Below, piece after piece: positions 37,669-50,038 of a DNA stretch of 64,000 nucleotides (position 1 is its first letter; each line of letters opens with the position of its first letter). A model generated the notes under the pieces. It ran no database searches. It was not told the DNA's origin and was given only the letters and a program-made list of their open reading frames with translations. Both the position numbers and the translations under genes were made by a program. The DNA is taken from assembly GCA_964016885.1 (NCBI GenBank), contig OZ024741.1, positions 120,838,001 to 120,902,000 of the forward strand. Reading direction: 5' to 3'. This DNA is from Eledone cirrhosa. Its lineage: Eukaryota.

Positions 37669-37734
37669 TCTATATATATATATATATATGTGTAGATGTA
37701 TATATATATGTATGTATATATATATATATATATG

Positions 37735-37790
<56 letters not shown>

Positions 37791-38079
37791 TGTGTATCTG
37801 TTTCCCTAAAACTCGAGAACCACCCAACCGTTTTTTTTCAAATTTTACACATGTAATACTTATGGTCCTATTGAGTGTTCTGAGCAAAAGAAATTTCAAA
37901 TTTTCAATGCCCTAGGGACTGCATTAGGCGATTTAGCGATCTCTTTCTCTTAGTCTTTCTCTTTTTAGATAGATACATAGATATGACGTCGCACCTTCAT
38001 ACTATCTGTCTGTATGCCTAGCTGTCTGCATTACGACATTATGACGCGATCAGTGTGTGTGTGTATATATGTATATATA

Positions 38080-38111
<32 letters not shown>

Positions 38112-38768
38112 TCTTATGCCAGGGAATGTCTTCAGGAACCAAAGTATCGTCTTCCTATTTTCTTTCGGTTGCAACGATTTTTTAAATATTTACATCTGTG
38201 TTCACAGATTGATTTTTTTAGTTTCAGAAGATCCCATTAAGGTTGAAAGCAGCGATTCTTTGCTTAAACATTAATATGTTATTTTAATATAGATATTCAT
38301 GTACAGATATTTTTGCATACACAAAAACAAAATATAAACAAACAAGGCTGGCGATTACATAATCACACGCATCACTGACAGATATTTTTGCATACACAAA
38401 AACAAAATATAAACAAACAAGGCCAACGATTACATCAGTTAGTCTTAGTGTACTTCATACTGCTTTTAGGTAGAAGATCCCGTTAAGGGTGAAAGCAGTG
38501 ATTCATTTTTTGCGTTCACAGATTGATTTTTTTTAGTTTCAGAAGATCCCGTTAAGTGTGAAAGCAGTGATTCTTTGCTTAAACTTTAATCTGTTATTTT
38601 AATATATATATATATATAATTATATATTCGTGTACAGATATTTTTGCATACACAATAACAAAATATAAACAAACGTATTTATTTCACGAGGGTCGATAAG
38701 GATAAATATATATCAAATATATAAGAACCCTAGAGTAAATCCCGAGCAACACCGGGCCATTCTGCTAG
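37669..38768 (+). mobile_element. Non-autonomous Helitron related to 23745-24895
   Basis: 3' hairpin CCCGAGCAACACCGGG then CCATTCTGCTAG|T. Shares the internal block CACAGATTGATTTTTT..AGTTTCAGAAGATCCC, here internally duplicated. The 5' end is buried in (TA)n and approximate. Confidence 0.7.
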
Positions 38769-39064
38769 TATATATATGTATGTGTGTCTGTATATATATA
38801 TGTGGGTGTCTGTGATCTATATACACTGGTCATAGACACACACATACGTATATATACACACACACTCACATATATACATAACAACATTACCAGCTCTCTC
38901 TCTCTTCCATTCTCCTTCTCTGTCTCCTCTCCCTCCCTCTATATCTCTCTTTCAATCTACTCTCTCACAAACACTATCTCTTTCTCTCTCTCTCTCTATC
39001 TATGAAGGTACCCATAAAAAAACCCATATCTCGGGAACAGTAGTTATCTAGTTGCCTTCTACAG

Positions 39065-39375
39065 CAGTGCTTCTCAAACTATCTGATGTGGCGGACCGGC
39101 ATTTTTTTTTTCAATGTGCCACGTACCGCTAATATTTCGTAGTAATATTAATTTATACCGGAAACGATATATATAATGAATATAATAATAGTTGACCATT
39201 TTTTTATCTTCTATTTATTTTGTAAACAAATAATACAATATCAAAACATATAAAAAAGTAATAAAAAAAATTCCTCAAATGATTCCTTAGCATGGCCTGG
39301 ATACTGGCCGCGTACCGGTAGCTGATGGCTTGCGTACTGGCACCGGTCCGCGGACCACCACTTTGAGTAGCACTG
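39065..39375. mobile_element. hAT-Charlie-type MITE
   Basis: TIRs CAGTGCTTCTCAAA / TTTGAGTAGCACTG. The 8-bp flanks TTCTACAG / CTCTACAT fit the nTCTAnAn target preference. GCGGACC subterminal motifs. Confidence 0.8.
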
Positions 39376-39619
39376 CTCTACATGATAGGTATCTAGCTCA
39401 TTACTCATCAAATGAAATCCGTAGGGCCTTTCTAAATTTATAATTTAACGAAGAGGTCCTTTAGTTTCCAGACCCTACATCTCTATATTTTCCTGTCTGT
39501 CTTGTTCTGTCTTGTGCTTATTTTGATGTCACTAATAATTAACTTGTGCTGAGCAGTGCATTCCTCCCCAGGGAAGCCCTTAGTATTTATTACACTCTGT
39601 TTGTTTTATTGTCTCTCAC

Positions 39620-39970
39620 TCAAGGTTGTGAGTTCGATTCTCAGGCTGAATGATGCGTTGTGTCCTTGAGCAAGACCCTTTATTTCACATTACTCCAGTT
39701 CACTCAGCTGTAGAAATGAGTTGTAAAGTCACTGGTGTCAAGCTGTATCGGCCATTGCTGTAGAAATGAGTTGTAAAGTCACTGGTGTCAAGCTGTATCG
39801 GCCATTGCCTTTCCCTTGGACATCATCAGTGGTGTGGAGAAGGGAGACTGGTATGTATGGGTGACTGCTGGTCTTCCACAAACAACTTTGCCCGGACTTG
39901 TGCCTCGGAGGGAAACTTTCTAGGTGCAAATCCCATGGTCATTCGTGACTGAAGGGGGTTTTACCCTTTT
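39620..39970 (+). mobile_element. CORE-type SINE with a different 3' tail and an internal ~52-bp duplication
   Basis: GAGTTCGATTCTC..GTGTCCTTGAGCAAGACC. The block GCTGTAGAAATGAGTTGTAAAGTCACTGGTGTCAAGCTGTATCGGCCATT occurs twice. Confidence 0.65.
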
Positions 39971-40039
39971 TTTTATATATGTAATACACACACACACATA
40001 CATATGTATACATATATATATATATATGCATATGTATAT

Positions 40040-41180
40040 ATTCTATGAAGTCCTCATGCAGACTACTTTATTGACAAATGACAGTGATCTCATCATTGCA
40101 GCTAGTGACTTCAATGGACATGTTGGGAAACATCACAATGGATTTCCTGTATATGGTGGCCATGGTCATGGTACAAGAAATGAGGAGGAGGCGGGGGAGT
40201 CTAGGCTTCTGGAATTCTGTGATGCTCTCAACCTAATCATCTGGAACACAAACTTCAGAAAATCAATCACCCACTTGATCACTTATCAATTAGGAGAGCA
40301 TACAAGCCAAATAGATTTTGTCCTCACCAGGAAATGAGATGGGTAAATGGTTGTAAATATCAAATCCTTTCCTGGAGAGGAATGTTCTTCCCAGCATAGG
40401 TTAGTTGTGAGTGACCCTAGAGTAAGGATTAGGTGGACCAAGAGACAAATGCCAGTCTGGAGAAGGAAGACATGGAAGCTGAGAGAACCCTCTGAAGGTA
40501 ACAAATTCAGAGAAATCCTACTTGATACCTATGACAATAAATAAGAGGAGTTAGGGACTTTGAGAAAAAATGGGAATTTCTACTGGACAACCTGCTGGAG
40601 TAAGGTCCCACCAAGACGAAAAGTGTCGTAGTGGTGGAATGATAACTCTTTAGCATTTACATTACACTATATTTACTATTGTATTTTGGGGGTAAAGGCT
40701 TTACCTCACATAATTATCTCACATATCAGATCTATGAGATTTTGATATTATTTATTTTGAGAACAATACCTTAACATCAGTATGAGTGGCCAGTTATAGC
40801 CAGTTTGAACAGAAAGAGGTGAGAGAAGAATTCTGGCCGGATACGTCTGGTTTAAATGCTAAAGACTTAAAATAAAAAAAATCAAGCCTGGAGAGACTGG
40901 AGGAATGGAAGAAACAGAAAGCAATATGTGAGCTAGAAGAAAGGAGTATATCTAGCAAGGAGAGAGGCAGAAAAGAAGTTTGCACATATTCTGTATCGTG
41001 AAGATCAGAGGTATGAACATTTCAAGAAAATCTTGATGTCGTTTGGGAAAAGTGTCCGAAATGATAGCAGAGCACTTGCCCTGTCTGATGCTGAAAAGAA
41101 CGAGGCATGGAAAACACATGATGAGAGACTGCTGAATGAGGAAAATAAATGGGACAGTGAGGGTCTACCCCATGCAGACA
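40040..41180 (+). pseudogene. Decayed RTE APE/linker fragment interrupted by a piggyBac-type MITE
   Basis: DFNGHVG, RLLEFC, TSQIDFVL, ECSSQHRLVV. MITE at ~40643-40866. Confidence 0.8.
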
Positions 41181-41280
41181 TACTGTGTGATGCTGAAAGA
41201 CTTGCATGTTAATTTCATAAGCAAGCTTTTTCTGTTGTTTGAACAAATAGAACACTCATCAGAACCGACAGAGTGCCAAC

Positions 41281-41388
<108 letters not shown>

Positions 41389-42552
41389 TTATGTAAAAGA
41401 CACTTGTGCCATGCAGTGGGATTGAACCTAGGACCTTGTAATTTGCAAAGCAAACTTCTCAGGCTCTTATGGACTTGTAACTTCTGATGGTGTTGTAGGA
41501 GCGCCATTGTGATATATAGCATGTCCTGAACACTTTACCCCTGGCAGAGACCATCCTCTCTCCAAGTTTGAACATAGTTGATTTTTTCCAGAGAAGGGAA
41601 GAGAGAGCATGAGAGAGTAAGTGAGAATGAGAGATATTAGTGGAAGAATTGACCCAGTATTAGACTGGTACTTGTTTTTTTTTATCAATTTATTATAACA
41701 AAGGTACTTACATAAAATTATGATGGAAGGTATTTAGATAAATATAAACATTTCAAAACTAGAGTGAAAAATAATGTTGGCTTCGGCAGGTTTTGAACTC
41801 AGGAAGCAGAGTACCACAAACTATACTGTTAAGCTTTCTGACGTTTTAACGACAATTTGCTAGCTGGTTTAATAGTACACATGTCTTATATATGATGTGC
41901 CACTTTCTTTTCTTATGTACCAATAAACATTCACACATGCACACACTGTTAATTCGACAAAATTGCAAAGCCAGATTTTGTATCATGTTAAAAAATCTGA
42001 AATCACAATATTTTTTTTTTACTGTTTATCTCTCTAAGTTCCGTTTTCTGACAACACCTTCATTAAAAATACTTTTGTCTTAACTCCATCCACATCAGCA
42101 TTTCTTTACATTTCCATATCACGTAGTAGATTTCCTGTGAAATCATATTATAATCTGACACCCCTCCACACCTCCTCCTTTATTTTCTCAACAAAACAAC
42201 CTCCCAGCATGTAACCCCAACTCTCTAAAAGACCTTCCTCCTCGAAATTCCCCCAACCAAAAACACAGCACAAATGTTGAACCTCTGGGTCAACTTAATA
42301 TTTACTTTAGTTTATCTTAATATCTACTTCCTTTTGGCTATAATAAATGTTGTGAGGGGTCCCAAACCATCCAACATAAAATACTGGTCCTTTTCCTGCT
42401 TATTCTGATTTCTAGAATTTTAGAGAAAACTCCTCTTCCTCGTCATCATCATTGTTGTCATCATCATCATTGTCATAACCTCATAACCATCATCATTGTC
42501 ATAATTGTCATCATCCTTGTCATCACCATCATCATCATCATCATCATCACAA

Positions 42553-42875
42553 TGATTTCTAGTATAGGCACAAGGCCAGTAATTTAGGGGGAGGGGAAAG
42601 TCAATTAAATTGACCCAGTACGTTACTGGTGCTTTATTTTATCGACCCCATAAGGATGAAAGGCAAAGTGAACCTCGGCGGGATTTGAACTCAGATTATA
42701 AAGGGCTGTAACTTTATACTGCAAAGCATGGCGTCCGACCCTCTACCGATTCTGCCAATCTACCGCCCTTAATCATAATAATAATAATTGTTTCTACTTT
42801 TGGCACAAGGTCAGCAATTACCCAGTGTATTACTGGTACTTTATTTTATCGACCCCGTAAGGATGAAAGGCAAAG
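42553..42875 (-). mobile_element. One full and one truncated copy of the dominant SINE
   Basis: Reverse-complement diagnostic blocks with (TAA)n between them. Confidence 0.8.
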
Positions 42876-43229
42876 TAATAATAATATCTATCTATCTATC
42901 TTGCACATTTTTTCAGGGGTATGTGTTACCCATATGAAATGTCTCCCCTTATTGGGGAAAATCGATTAATTTTTAAATTGCGTTTGTGATAGTATTTTAC
43001 ACGTTTTTATTGTATGTAAACTTCCCCCTTTGTATTTGTCCCCTTCTTTTGTGCCCCTGTGGCTAATAAAGAAACATATATATATATATTTCTTTGCAGT
43101 ATCTATAATGTGTTGCTTTGTGTGATTACTCACATATTAAATATCCCCCCCCCCCCTCCTTCCTTTATATCTACACTCCATCTATCTGTTTTAATTGCTG
43201 TTTCTACATTTCTACAGCCTGCTCTATCA

Positions 43230-43625
43230 ACTGTTTTTGTTGCTCCTGTTATTGTTGTTCATCATGCTGTTGTCGTTGTTCTTACTACTGTTGTTGTTTA
43301 TGCTGTTGCTGCTGCTGTCAATTTTTGTTGTTGTTGTTGTTGCCGTTATTGTTGTTAATGTTGCTGTTATTGTTGTTGCTGCTGTTGTCATTGCTACTGA
43401 TGTTGTTTCTGATGTTATTGTTGCTGCTGCTGTTGTCATTGCTACTGATGTTATTTCTGCTGTTATTGTTGTTGCTGCTGAGGTTGTTGTTGCTGCTGAT
43501 GTTGTTGTTGCTGTTCTTGTTGTCACTGCTGTCGTTGTTGCTGTTATTATTGTTGCTGCAGTTATTGTTGTTGCTGCTGTTGTTGTTACCGTTCTTGTCA
43601 TTGCAGCCTTTCTTGTTGCTGCTGT

Positions 43626-43676
<51 letters not shown>

Positions 43677-43681
43677 TATTG

Positions 43682-43744
<63 letters not shown>

Positions 43745-44010
43745 ATGTTGTTGTTGCTGCTGATGTTGTTACCGTTCTTGTCATTGCAGCCTTTCTTGTT
43801 GCTGCTGTTATTGTTATTGCTGCTGATGTTGTTACTGTTCTTGTCATTGCAGCCTTTCTTGTTGCTGCTGTTATTGTTGTTGCTGCTGATGTTGTTACTG
43901 TTCTTGTCATTGCAGCCTTTCTTGTTGCTGCTGTTGTTATTGTTGCTGCTGTTGTTATTGCTGCTGATGTTGTAACTGTTCTTGTCATTGCAGCCTTTCT
44001 TGTTGCTGCT
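43230..44010. repeat. (GTT/GCT)n array with higher-order units
   Basis: GTTCTTGTCATTGCAGCCTTTCTTGTTGCTGCTG recurs 5 times within the trinucleotide array. Confidence 0.85.
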
Positions 44011-44331
44011 GTTTACTTCACTCGCTCTTGTATTTTATCATAACCACTCTCTGTCCTCACCCCACTTCCACCACACACATTTCACCCTTCCTATTTTTTG
44101 CGGGCCTGTTCATTTCCAACATCTGCATGGCGTTAACCCTATTTCTCTGATATGACAACGATATAGGCCAACATCTGCTCTACATTAACCCTATTTTATG
44201 TAGGTCAATCTAATTAGTCTGTTAGCATTTCTTCACAGAAAGGGAATGTTTGTTATATACAGGGTATATGTCATACTGTTGTGCTGCTAATCCAAACAAG
44301 ACCCTGTTTCATTTCAGTCTGCTTTTAAGCC

Positions 44332-44335
<4 letters not shown>

Positions 44336-44383
<48 letters not shown>

Positions 44384-44397
44384 AGTGTGTGTGTGTC

Positions 44398-44468
<71 letters not shown>

Positions 44469-44593
44469 CTCTGTGTGTATATATATGCGTCTGTCTGTGT
44501 GTATGTATGTATATGTATATATATATATATATATATGTCTATATATATATATGTCTATATATATATATATATGTCTATATATATATATATATA

Positions 44594-44624
<31 letters not shown>

Positions 44625-44637
44625 GTCTATATATATA

Positions 44638-44681
<44 letters not shown>

Positions 44682-44691
44682 TATATATATA

Positions 44692-44738
<47 letters not shown>

Positions 44739-44763
44739 GTCTATATATATATATATATATATA

Positions 44764-44804
<41 letters not shown>

Positions 44805-44829
44805 GTCTATATATATATATATATATATA

Positions 44830-44871
<42 letters not shown>

Positions 44872-44915
44872 TATATATATATATATATATATGTCTATAT
44901 ATATATATATATATA

Positions 44916-44965
<50 letters not shown>

Positions 44966-45109
44966 TATATATATATATATATGTCTATATATATATATAT
45001 ATATATATGTCTATATATATATATATATATATGTCTATATATGTCTATATATATATATATATGTCTATATATATATGTATATATATATATATGTCTATAT
45101 ATATATATG

Positions 45110-45177
<68 letters not shown>

Positions 45178-45475
45178 TATATATATATGTCTATATATAT
45201 ATATATATATATATGTCTATATATATATGTCTATATATATATATATATATATATGTCTCTATATATATATATATATATATATGTCTCTATATATATATAT
45301 ATATATATATATGTCTCTATATATATATGTCTATATATATATATATATGTCTATATATATATATATATATGTTTATATATATGTCTATATATATATATAT
45401 ATATGTCTATATATATATATATATATATGTTTATATATATGTCTATATATATATATATATATGTCTATATATATA
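44336..45475. repeat. Long (TA)n array interrupted by GTC
   Basis: Seen directly. The same array type resumes at 45555-45660, 49550-49820, 50197-50645, 51245-51535 and 55435-55850. Confidence 0.95.
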
Positions 45476-45660
45476 GAAAGATTTGAATGAATACAGTTTA
45501 GTTGAAAGGAATTTATTGACACGTGTTTCTATAACAGTTACATAACCTGAAAACATATATGTCTATATATATATATATATATATATGTCTATATGTGTCT
45601 ATATATATATATATGTCTATATATATATGTCTATATATATATGTTATATATATATATATA

Positions 45661-48600
45661 TCATCATCATCATCATCATCAACGTTTAACGTCCGTGTTC
45701 CACGCTTGCATGGGTTTGGACGGGGGTAGTCCCACTTGAGGCAAGAGTGATTGTCTTGCTCGCATAAGACTGTCTGGCAGGTTTTCTACAGTTGGATGCC
45801 CTTCCTAACACCAACCACATTTACAGTGTGGGTCTGGGAGGTTTTTACCGTGTTGCCTACACGGCCACATTACAGCGTGGACTGTGTGTTTTTTTGTCGT
45901 GACACCTACACGATCTCATTTGTTTCGGCCTACACGATCTCATTTGTTTCGGCCTGGATGGCGCGGCACCAACATAACTTTACATAGAACGGGGTGGTGT
46001 GGATGGGGTGGGGGTGGTGGTGGTGGGACGGGGTGTATTTTGTTAGAGATGCCTACTGGCTGGAGTAGGTTTTACTATATATATTTAGGTAAGGCGGGTC
46101 TTCTCTGTTACTGAGTACCGCCAAAGGTCTCGGTCCAGTGTCATTGTCTTGGAGAGGTGTAAGTGTGTGATGTCGGAGTTTATCAGCTCGTCCCAGGTTT
46201 TTCTAGGTCTGCCTATTCCGTGACTACCGTCTATCTTTATTGCCCTGCACTTTGTTATACAGCTATCGACTTTCATGCGCATCACGTGTCCATACCAACA
46301 TAGCCTTCTCTCGAGTAAACAACATCTGATCCCTCTTATCTCTAATTTTTTCCTTAGTTCGTTTATGCTTTGCCGTTCACGTATATTACTGTTACACATC
46401 CAGCGGAGCATGCAAGCTTCGTTCCTCTCTAGTCTGCGTATATCCTCTGCACACAATGCCCAGGTCTCACTGCCATGCAACATTGCTGTTCGTATGCAGG
46501 CATCGTACAACCTGCCTTTCATTTTTAGGGAGAACCCTTTAGCAGCTAATAGTGGTATAAGCTCTCTGAACTTTTTCCAACCAGTTCTGACTCTAGCTAC
46601 AGTACTTTCAGAGCACCCTCCCCCACTGGTGATTATATCGCCCAGGTAACGGAAGCTGTCCACTATTTCTATAGAACCCTCTGCGCAATTGAAAGAGCTA
46701 TTATTTTGTGGGCACTTGCTGCTACTTATTGCACCAGAACACCGGCCACATGTAAAATCTATGTTCTTAGTTAGCTTACCTGTGATCCCACTACATCTTT
46801 TATGCACCCATACTTTGCATTTAGGACATAAAATGGAGTTTCTACCTACGCCTTTCCTACACACCGAGCACGACCATTTCCCAGAAGGGACCGCCACCTT
46901 GTTTTCTTTCCTACAAACTAGAACTTTGGTCTTAGCCAGGTTAATTTTAAGTCCTTTTGACTCTAGGCCGTGCTTCCATGTTTGGAATTTCTTCTCTAGC
47001 TCGGCCATTGATTCCGCTATGAGTGTCAGGTCGTCTGCGTATAGGAGTTCCCATGGGCAGCCTGTCTTGAACTCCTCTGTTATAGCCTGAAGGGCAATAA
47101 TAAATAGTAGGGGGCTGAGAACAGAGCCCTGATGGACGCCAACTTTTACGCTAAACTCTTCACTATATTCGTTGTTAATTCTAACCTTGCTGACTGTTTC
47201 TTTATACATGGCTTGTATAGCCCTCACAAGCCATTCGTCAACGCCTAGTTTTCTAAGAGCCCACCAGATAATGGAGCGGGGGACTCTGTCGAAGGCTTTC
47301 TCCAAGTCGACAAAAGCTAAGTAGAGGGGTTTACCTTTAGCTAGGTACTTCTGCTGTAGTTGTCGTACTATGAAAAGAGCGTCTGTGGTACTTTTGCCTG
47401 ACACAAACCCGAACTGCATTTCATCTAGGTCAATTCTCTCTCTGATTAGTTGCGCTATTACTTTTTCCGTGACCTTCATGACCTGGTCGATTAATTTAAT
47501 GCCTCTATAGTTACTCCTATCTAGGGCGTCTCCTTTACCCTTATAACAGTTAACGATGATGCTGCTATGCCAGTCCTTCGGAACAACCCCATTCTGTACG
47601 ACTTGGTTAACTATGCGGGTGACCATGGTGTGTCCCACCGTGCCAGATGCCTTCAGCATCTCAGCAACTATTTCCGAAGGCCCAGCCGCCTTACCCGTCT
47701 TCATATCCTTGATTGCCTTACTTATTATACTCCCCTCGACTAACACTGCTGGTCCCTCTATTGGGTCGATATGGGGGAGACTGTCTTTCTCCCATTTATT
47801 CTCCTCATTTAGTAGCCTTTCATAGTGACACTTCCAAGCTACCTTCTTATCAGTGTCGGTGATGGCAAGTATGCCATCATCGTTAAGTACACACTTCTCC
47901 CCGACAATATCACGGTTTTCCTTGACGCATTGCCTAGCAATCCTGAACACCTCACGTTTTTGGTCATCGCGTTGTAGAACATGCTTGAACTTTCTTTCCT
48001 CAGCTTCCCTTCTTGCTAAGTACACTTCTCTCCTAGCTTCCCTCCTGGCCACTTGATAGTCTACTCTACTTCCCCCATCCCGCCATACTTTCCAAGCCTG
48101 CTTTTTGGCCTTAATTGACCCCTCCACCTTACTGTTCCACCACCATGTTACTCTGCTCCTGCCTACAGGCCTGCTCCAGCCACAGACTTCGTCTGTCGCC
48201 AACAGCAGGTTTGCTTTCAGAAATTCCCACTGTCCCTCTATATTGTCCGACTCTAAATGTTCTTCCTTACTGTCGAAAGCATCAAGTAATATGCTTTGAA
48301 ATTTATTTCTGGCTGTGGGGTCCTTTAGCTTCCATATTTTTCTCCTGAGGATAGTCCTCTTCTGCTGTCGAGTACGTCTCGTCCTGACTATGAGGTCGCT
48401 AATTATCAGTCTATGTTGGGAGGTGCATTCTTCATGGGGGAGGGATATAGTGTTTACAACAGACACTCTGTCACGTCTTCTGGTAAGGATATAATCTACC
48501 TGGCTTGTGTGTTCCCCGGATCTATAGGTGATCAGGTGATTGTCACGTTTTTTGAAGTTAGTGTTACAGATAGTTAGGTTATTAGCATCACAGAATTCCA

Positions 48601-49392
48601 GGATTCTGGAGCCTTCCTCATTTCTAGTACCAAACCCATAGCCTCCATGGATTTCGTCGTAGCCGTCACAATGTTGTCCAACGTGACCATTTAGGTCGCC
48701 TGCAATAATTATATAGTCACTGTCAGATATTTGGGAAGTAGTTAGCAACAGTGTCTCATAGAATCTGTCTTTTATAGTGCCGGGCAGTCCGGATTGGGGT
48801 GCGTACGCAGATATTACTGTCACCGTAGTTCTATTGAGGACAAGTCGTATTTTAATTATTCTGTCGTTCACTCTATTTACGTCTATTATCTTATCTGCCC
48901 ACTTTTCTGCTACCATGATTCCTACTCCACCCAGCCCATCGTCGTTTCCCACCCAGAAAAGCTTATAACATCGTTTTTTACCCTCAATGAATCTAGCAGA
49001 CCCACCCCTCCACCTGGTCTCTTGAATACAACAAACATCGACCTCCTTACGTTCAAGCATTTCTACAACCTCGTTAGCGCGACCCTTTAGGGTGCCTACA
49101 TTTATGGTACCAACTCTGAAGTTTTGGATTGCGTTTGGAGGGTGGGGGCGGTGGGGGGCGGGGGGAGATGGGGTTATGTTAGCCGTCCGCGGACGAAACA
49201 AAGAGGAGTGCTCGCATTCTCGTCCACGAGGTGAATTTGACTTTAACTTTGGCATTTTCGCTCTGAGCGTCCAGATTTTTCTCTCCCTTCCACTCTCTAG
49301 GATTCCGCAGTCCGTCCATCCATCCATCCATCATATATCGAAGGCAACCGGGCAAGCGATAGTATAGGCCTCTGGCTTATGATTGGTCCGCG
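45661..49392 (-). mobile_element. Full-length or nearly full-length RTE-clade (BovB-like) LINE, subfamily A
   Basis: Single long ORF, ~400-bp 3' UTR and a (GAT)n tail abutting (TA)n. The short 5' leader has (GGAT)n and abuts a truncated SINE at ~49393-49512. Confidence 0.93.
46085..49327 (-). CDS. RTE LINE ORF: AP-type endonuclease + reverse transcriptase with inserted PHD-like C4HC3 zinc finger (1080 aa, uninterrupted)
   Basis: APE motifs TINVGTL, CIQETRW, SAYAPQ, GDLNGH, VDYIL, SQHR. RT motifs QFGF, FVDLEKAFD, GVHQGSVLSP, LYADD, FRYLG. RTE C-terminus WYGHVMR..GRPRKTW. The true start Met is uncertain. Confidence 0.95.
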   Translation of the reverse strand: MDGWTDCGILESGRERKIWTLRAKMPKLKSNSPRGRECEHSSLFRPRTANITPSPPAPHRPHPPNAIQNFRVGTINVGTLKGRANEVVEMLERKEVDVCCIQETRWRGGSARFIEGKKRCYKLFWVGNDDGLGGVGIMVAEKWADKIIDVNRVNDRIIKIRLVLNRTTVTVISAYAPQSGLPGTIKDRFYETLLLTTSQISDSDYIIIAGDLNGHVGQHCDGYDEIHGGYGFGTRNEEGSRILEFCDANNLTICNTNFKKRDNHLITYRSGEHTSQVDYILTRRRDRVSVVNTISLPHEECTSQHRLIISDLIVRTRRTRQQKRTILRRKIWKLKDPTARNKFQSILLDAFDSKEEHLESDNIEGQWEFLKANLLLATDEVCGWSRPVGRSRVTWWWNSKVEGSIKAKKQAWKVWRDGGSRVDYQVARREARREVYLARREAEERKFKHVLQRDDQKREVFRIARQCVKENRDIVGEKCVLNDDGILAITDTDKKVAWKCHYERLLNEENKWEKDSLPHIDPIEGPAVLVEGSIISKAIKDMKTGKAAGPSEIVAEMLKASGTVGHTMVTRIVNQVVQNGVVPKDWHSSIIVNCYKGKGDALDRSNYRGIKLIDQVMKVTEKVIAQLIRERIDLDEMQFGFVSGKSTTDALFIVRQLQQKYLAKGKPLYLAFVDLEKAFDRVPRSIIWWALRKLGVDEWLVRAIQAMYKETVSKVRINNEYSEEFSVKVGVHQGSVLSPLLFIIALQAITEEFKTGCPWELLYADDLTLIAESMAELEKKFQTWKHGLESKGLKINLAKTKVLVCRKENKVAVPSGKWSCSVCRKGVGRNSILCPKCKVWVHKRCSGITGKLTKNIDFTCGRCSGAISSSKCPQNNSSFNCAEGSIEIVDSFRYLGDIITSGGGCSESTVARVRTGWKKFRELIPLLAAKGFSLKMKGRLYDACIRTAMLHGSETWALCAEDIRRLERNEACMLRWMCNSNIRERQSINELRKKLEIRGIRCCLLERRLCWYGHVMRMKVDSCITKCRAIKIDGSHGIGRPRKTWDELINSDITHLHLSKTMTLDRDLWRYSVTEKTRLT

Positions 49393-49617
49393 TAATAATA
49401 ATAATAATTGTTTCTACGTTAGGCACAAGGCCACCAATTACCCAGTGTATTACTGGTACTTTATTTTATCGACCCTGTAAGGATGAAAGGCAAAGTTAAC
49501 CTCGGCGGGATTAATAATAATAATAATAATAGTAATAATAATAATAATGATATATATAATGTCTATATATATATATATGTCTATATATATATATATGTCT
49601 ATATATATATATGTGTC

Positions 49618-49687
<70 letters not shown>

Positions 49688-49911
49688 TATATATATATAT
49701 ATGTCTATATATATATATATATGTCTATATATATATATATGTCTATATATATATATATGTCTATATATATATATATGTCTATATATATATATATGTCTCT
49801 ATATATATATATATATATATAATGAAAAATTGAACAGGGACAGAACAGAGAGGCAGTACGACAAATGTTTATTAAATTCACGCTCAGGAGAGTGGGGGGT
49901 AGGTGGGGGAC

Positions 49912-49938
49912 GACGTTTCGGGCATAAGCCCTTCTTCA
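49912..49938 (-). ncRNA. 5'-clipped hammerhead motif in a short Penelope-like insert (~49821-49940)
   Basis: Minus strand: TGAAGA-A-GGGC-TTAT-GCCC-GAAACGTC, followed downstream by AATAAA. The first core C and the 5' strand of stem I are lost at the junction. Confidence 0.6.
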
Positions 49939-50038
49939 TATGTCTATATATATATATATGTCTATATATATATATCTATATATATATAGACATATATTGA
50001 AAATTGAAAATTACAAACTCGACTGTCACCACATATCA

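Noticed and set aside
43118-44043. Mucin-like Thr/Ala-rich ORF (43227-43988, minus) and hydrophobic plus-strand ORFs
   Set aside because: Open in several frames on both strands because it is a (GTT/GCT)n array. No splice or domain evidence.
44381-45490. 360-aa YI-rich ORFs and similar poly-YI, HT, LL or VV ORFs across the window
   Set aside because: These are translations of (TA)n, (CA)n and trinucleotide microsatellites.
45500-45555. GAAACACGTGTC-AATAAA on the minus strand
   Set aside because: It resembles the 3' half of a Penelope-type hammerhead but lacks the CTGANGA half, so it was not called as a ribozyme.
46275-49367. Plus-strand ORFs overlapping the RTE elements (also 52447-53079)
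   Set aside because: Antisense shadows of the LINE ORF.
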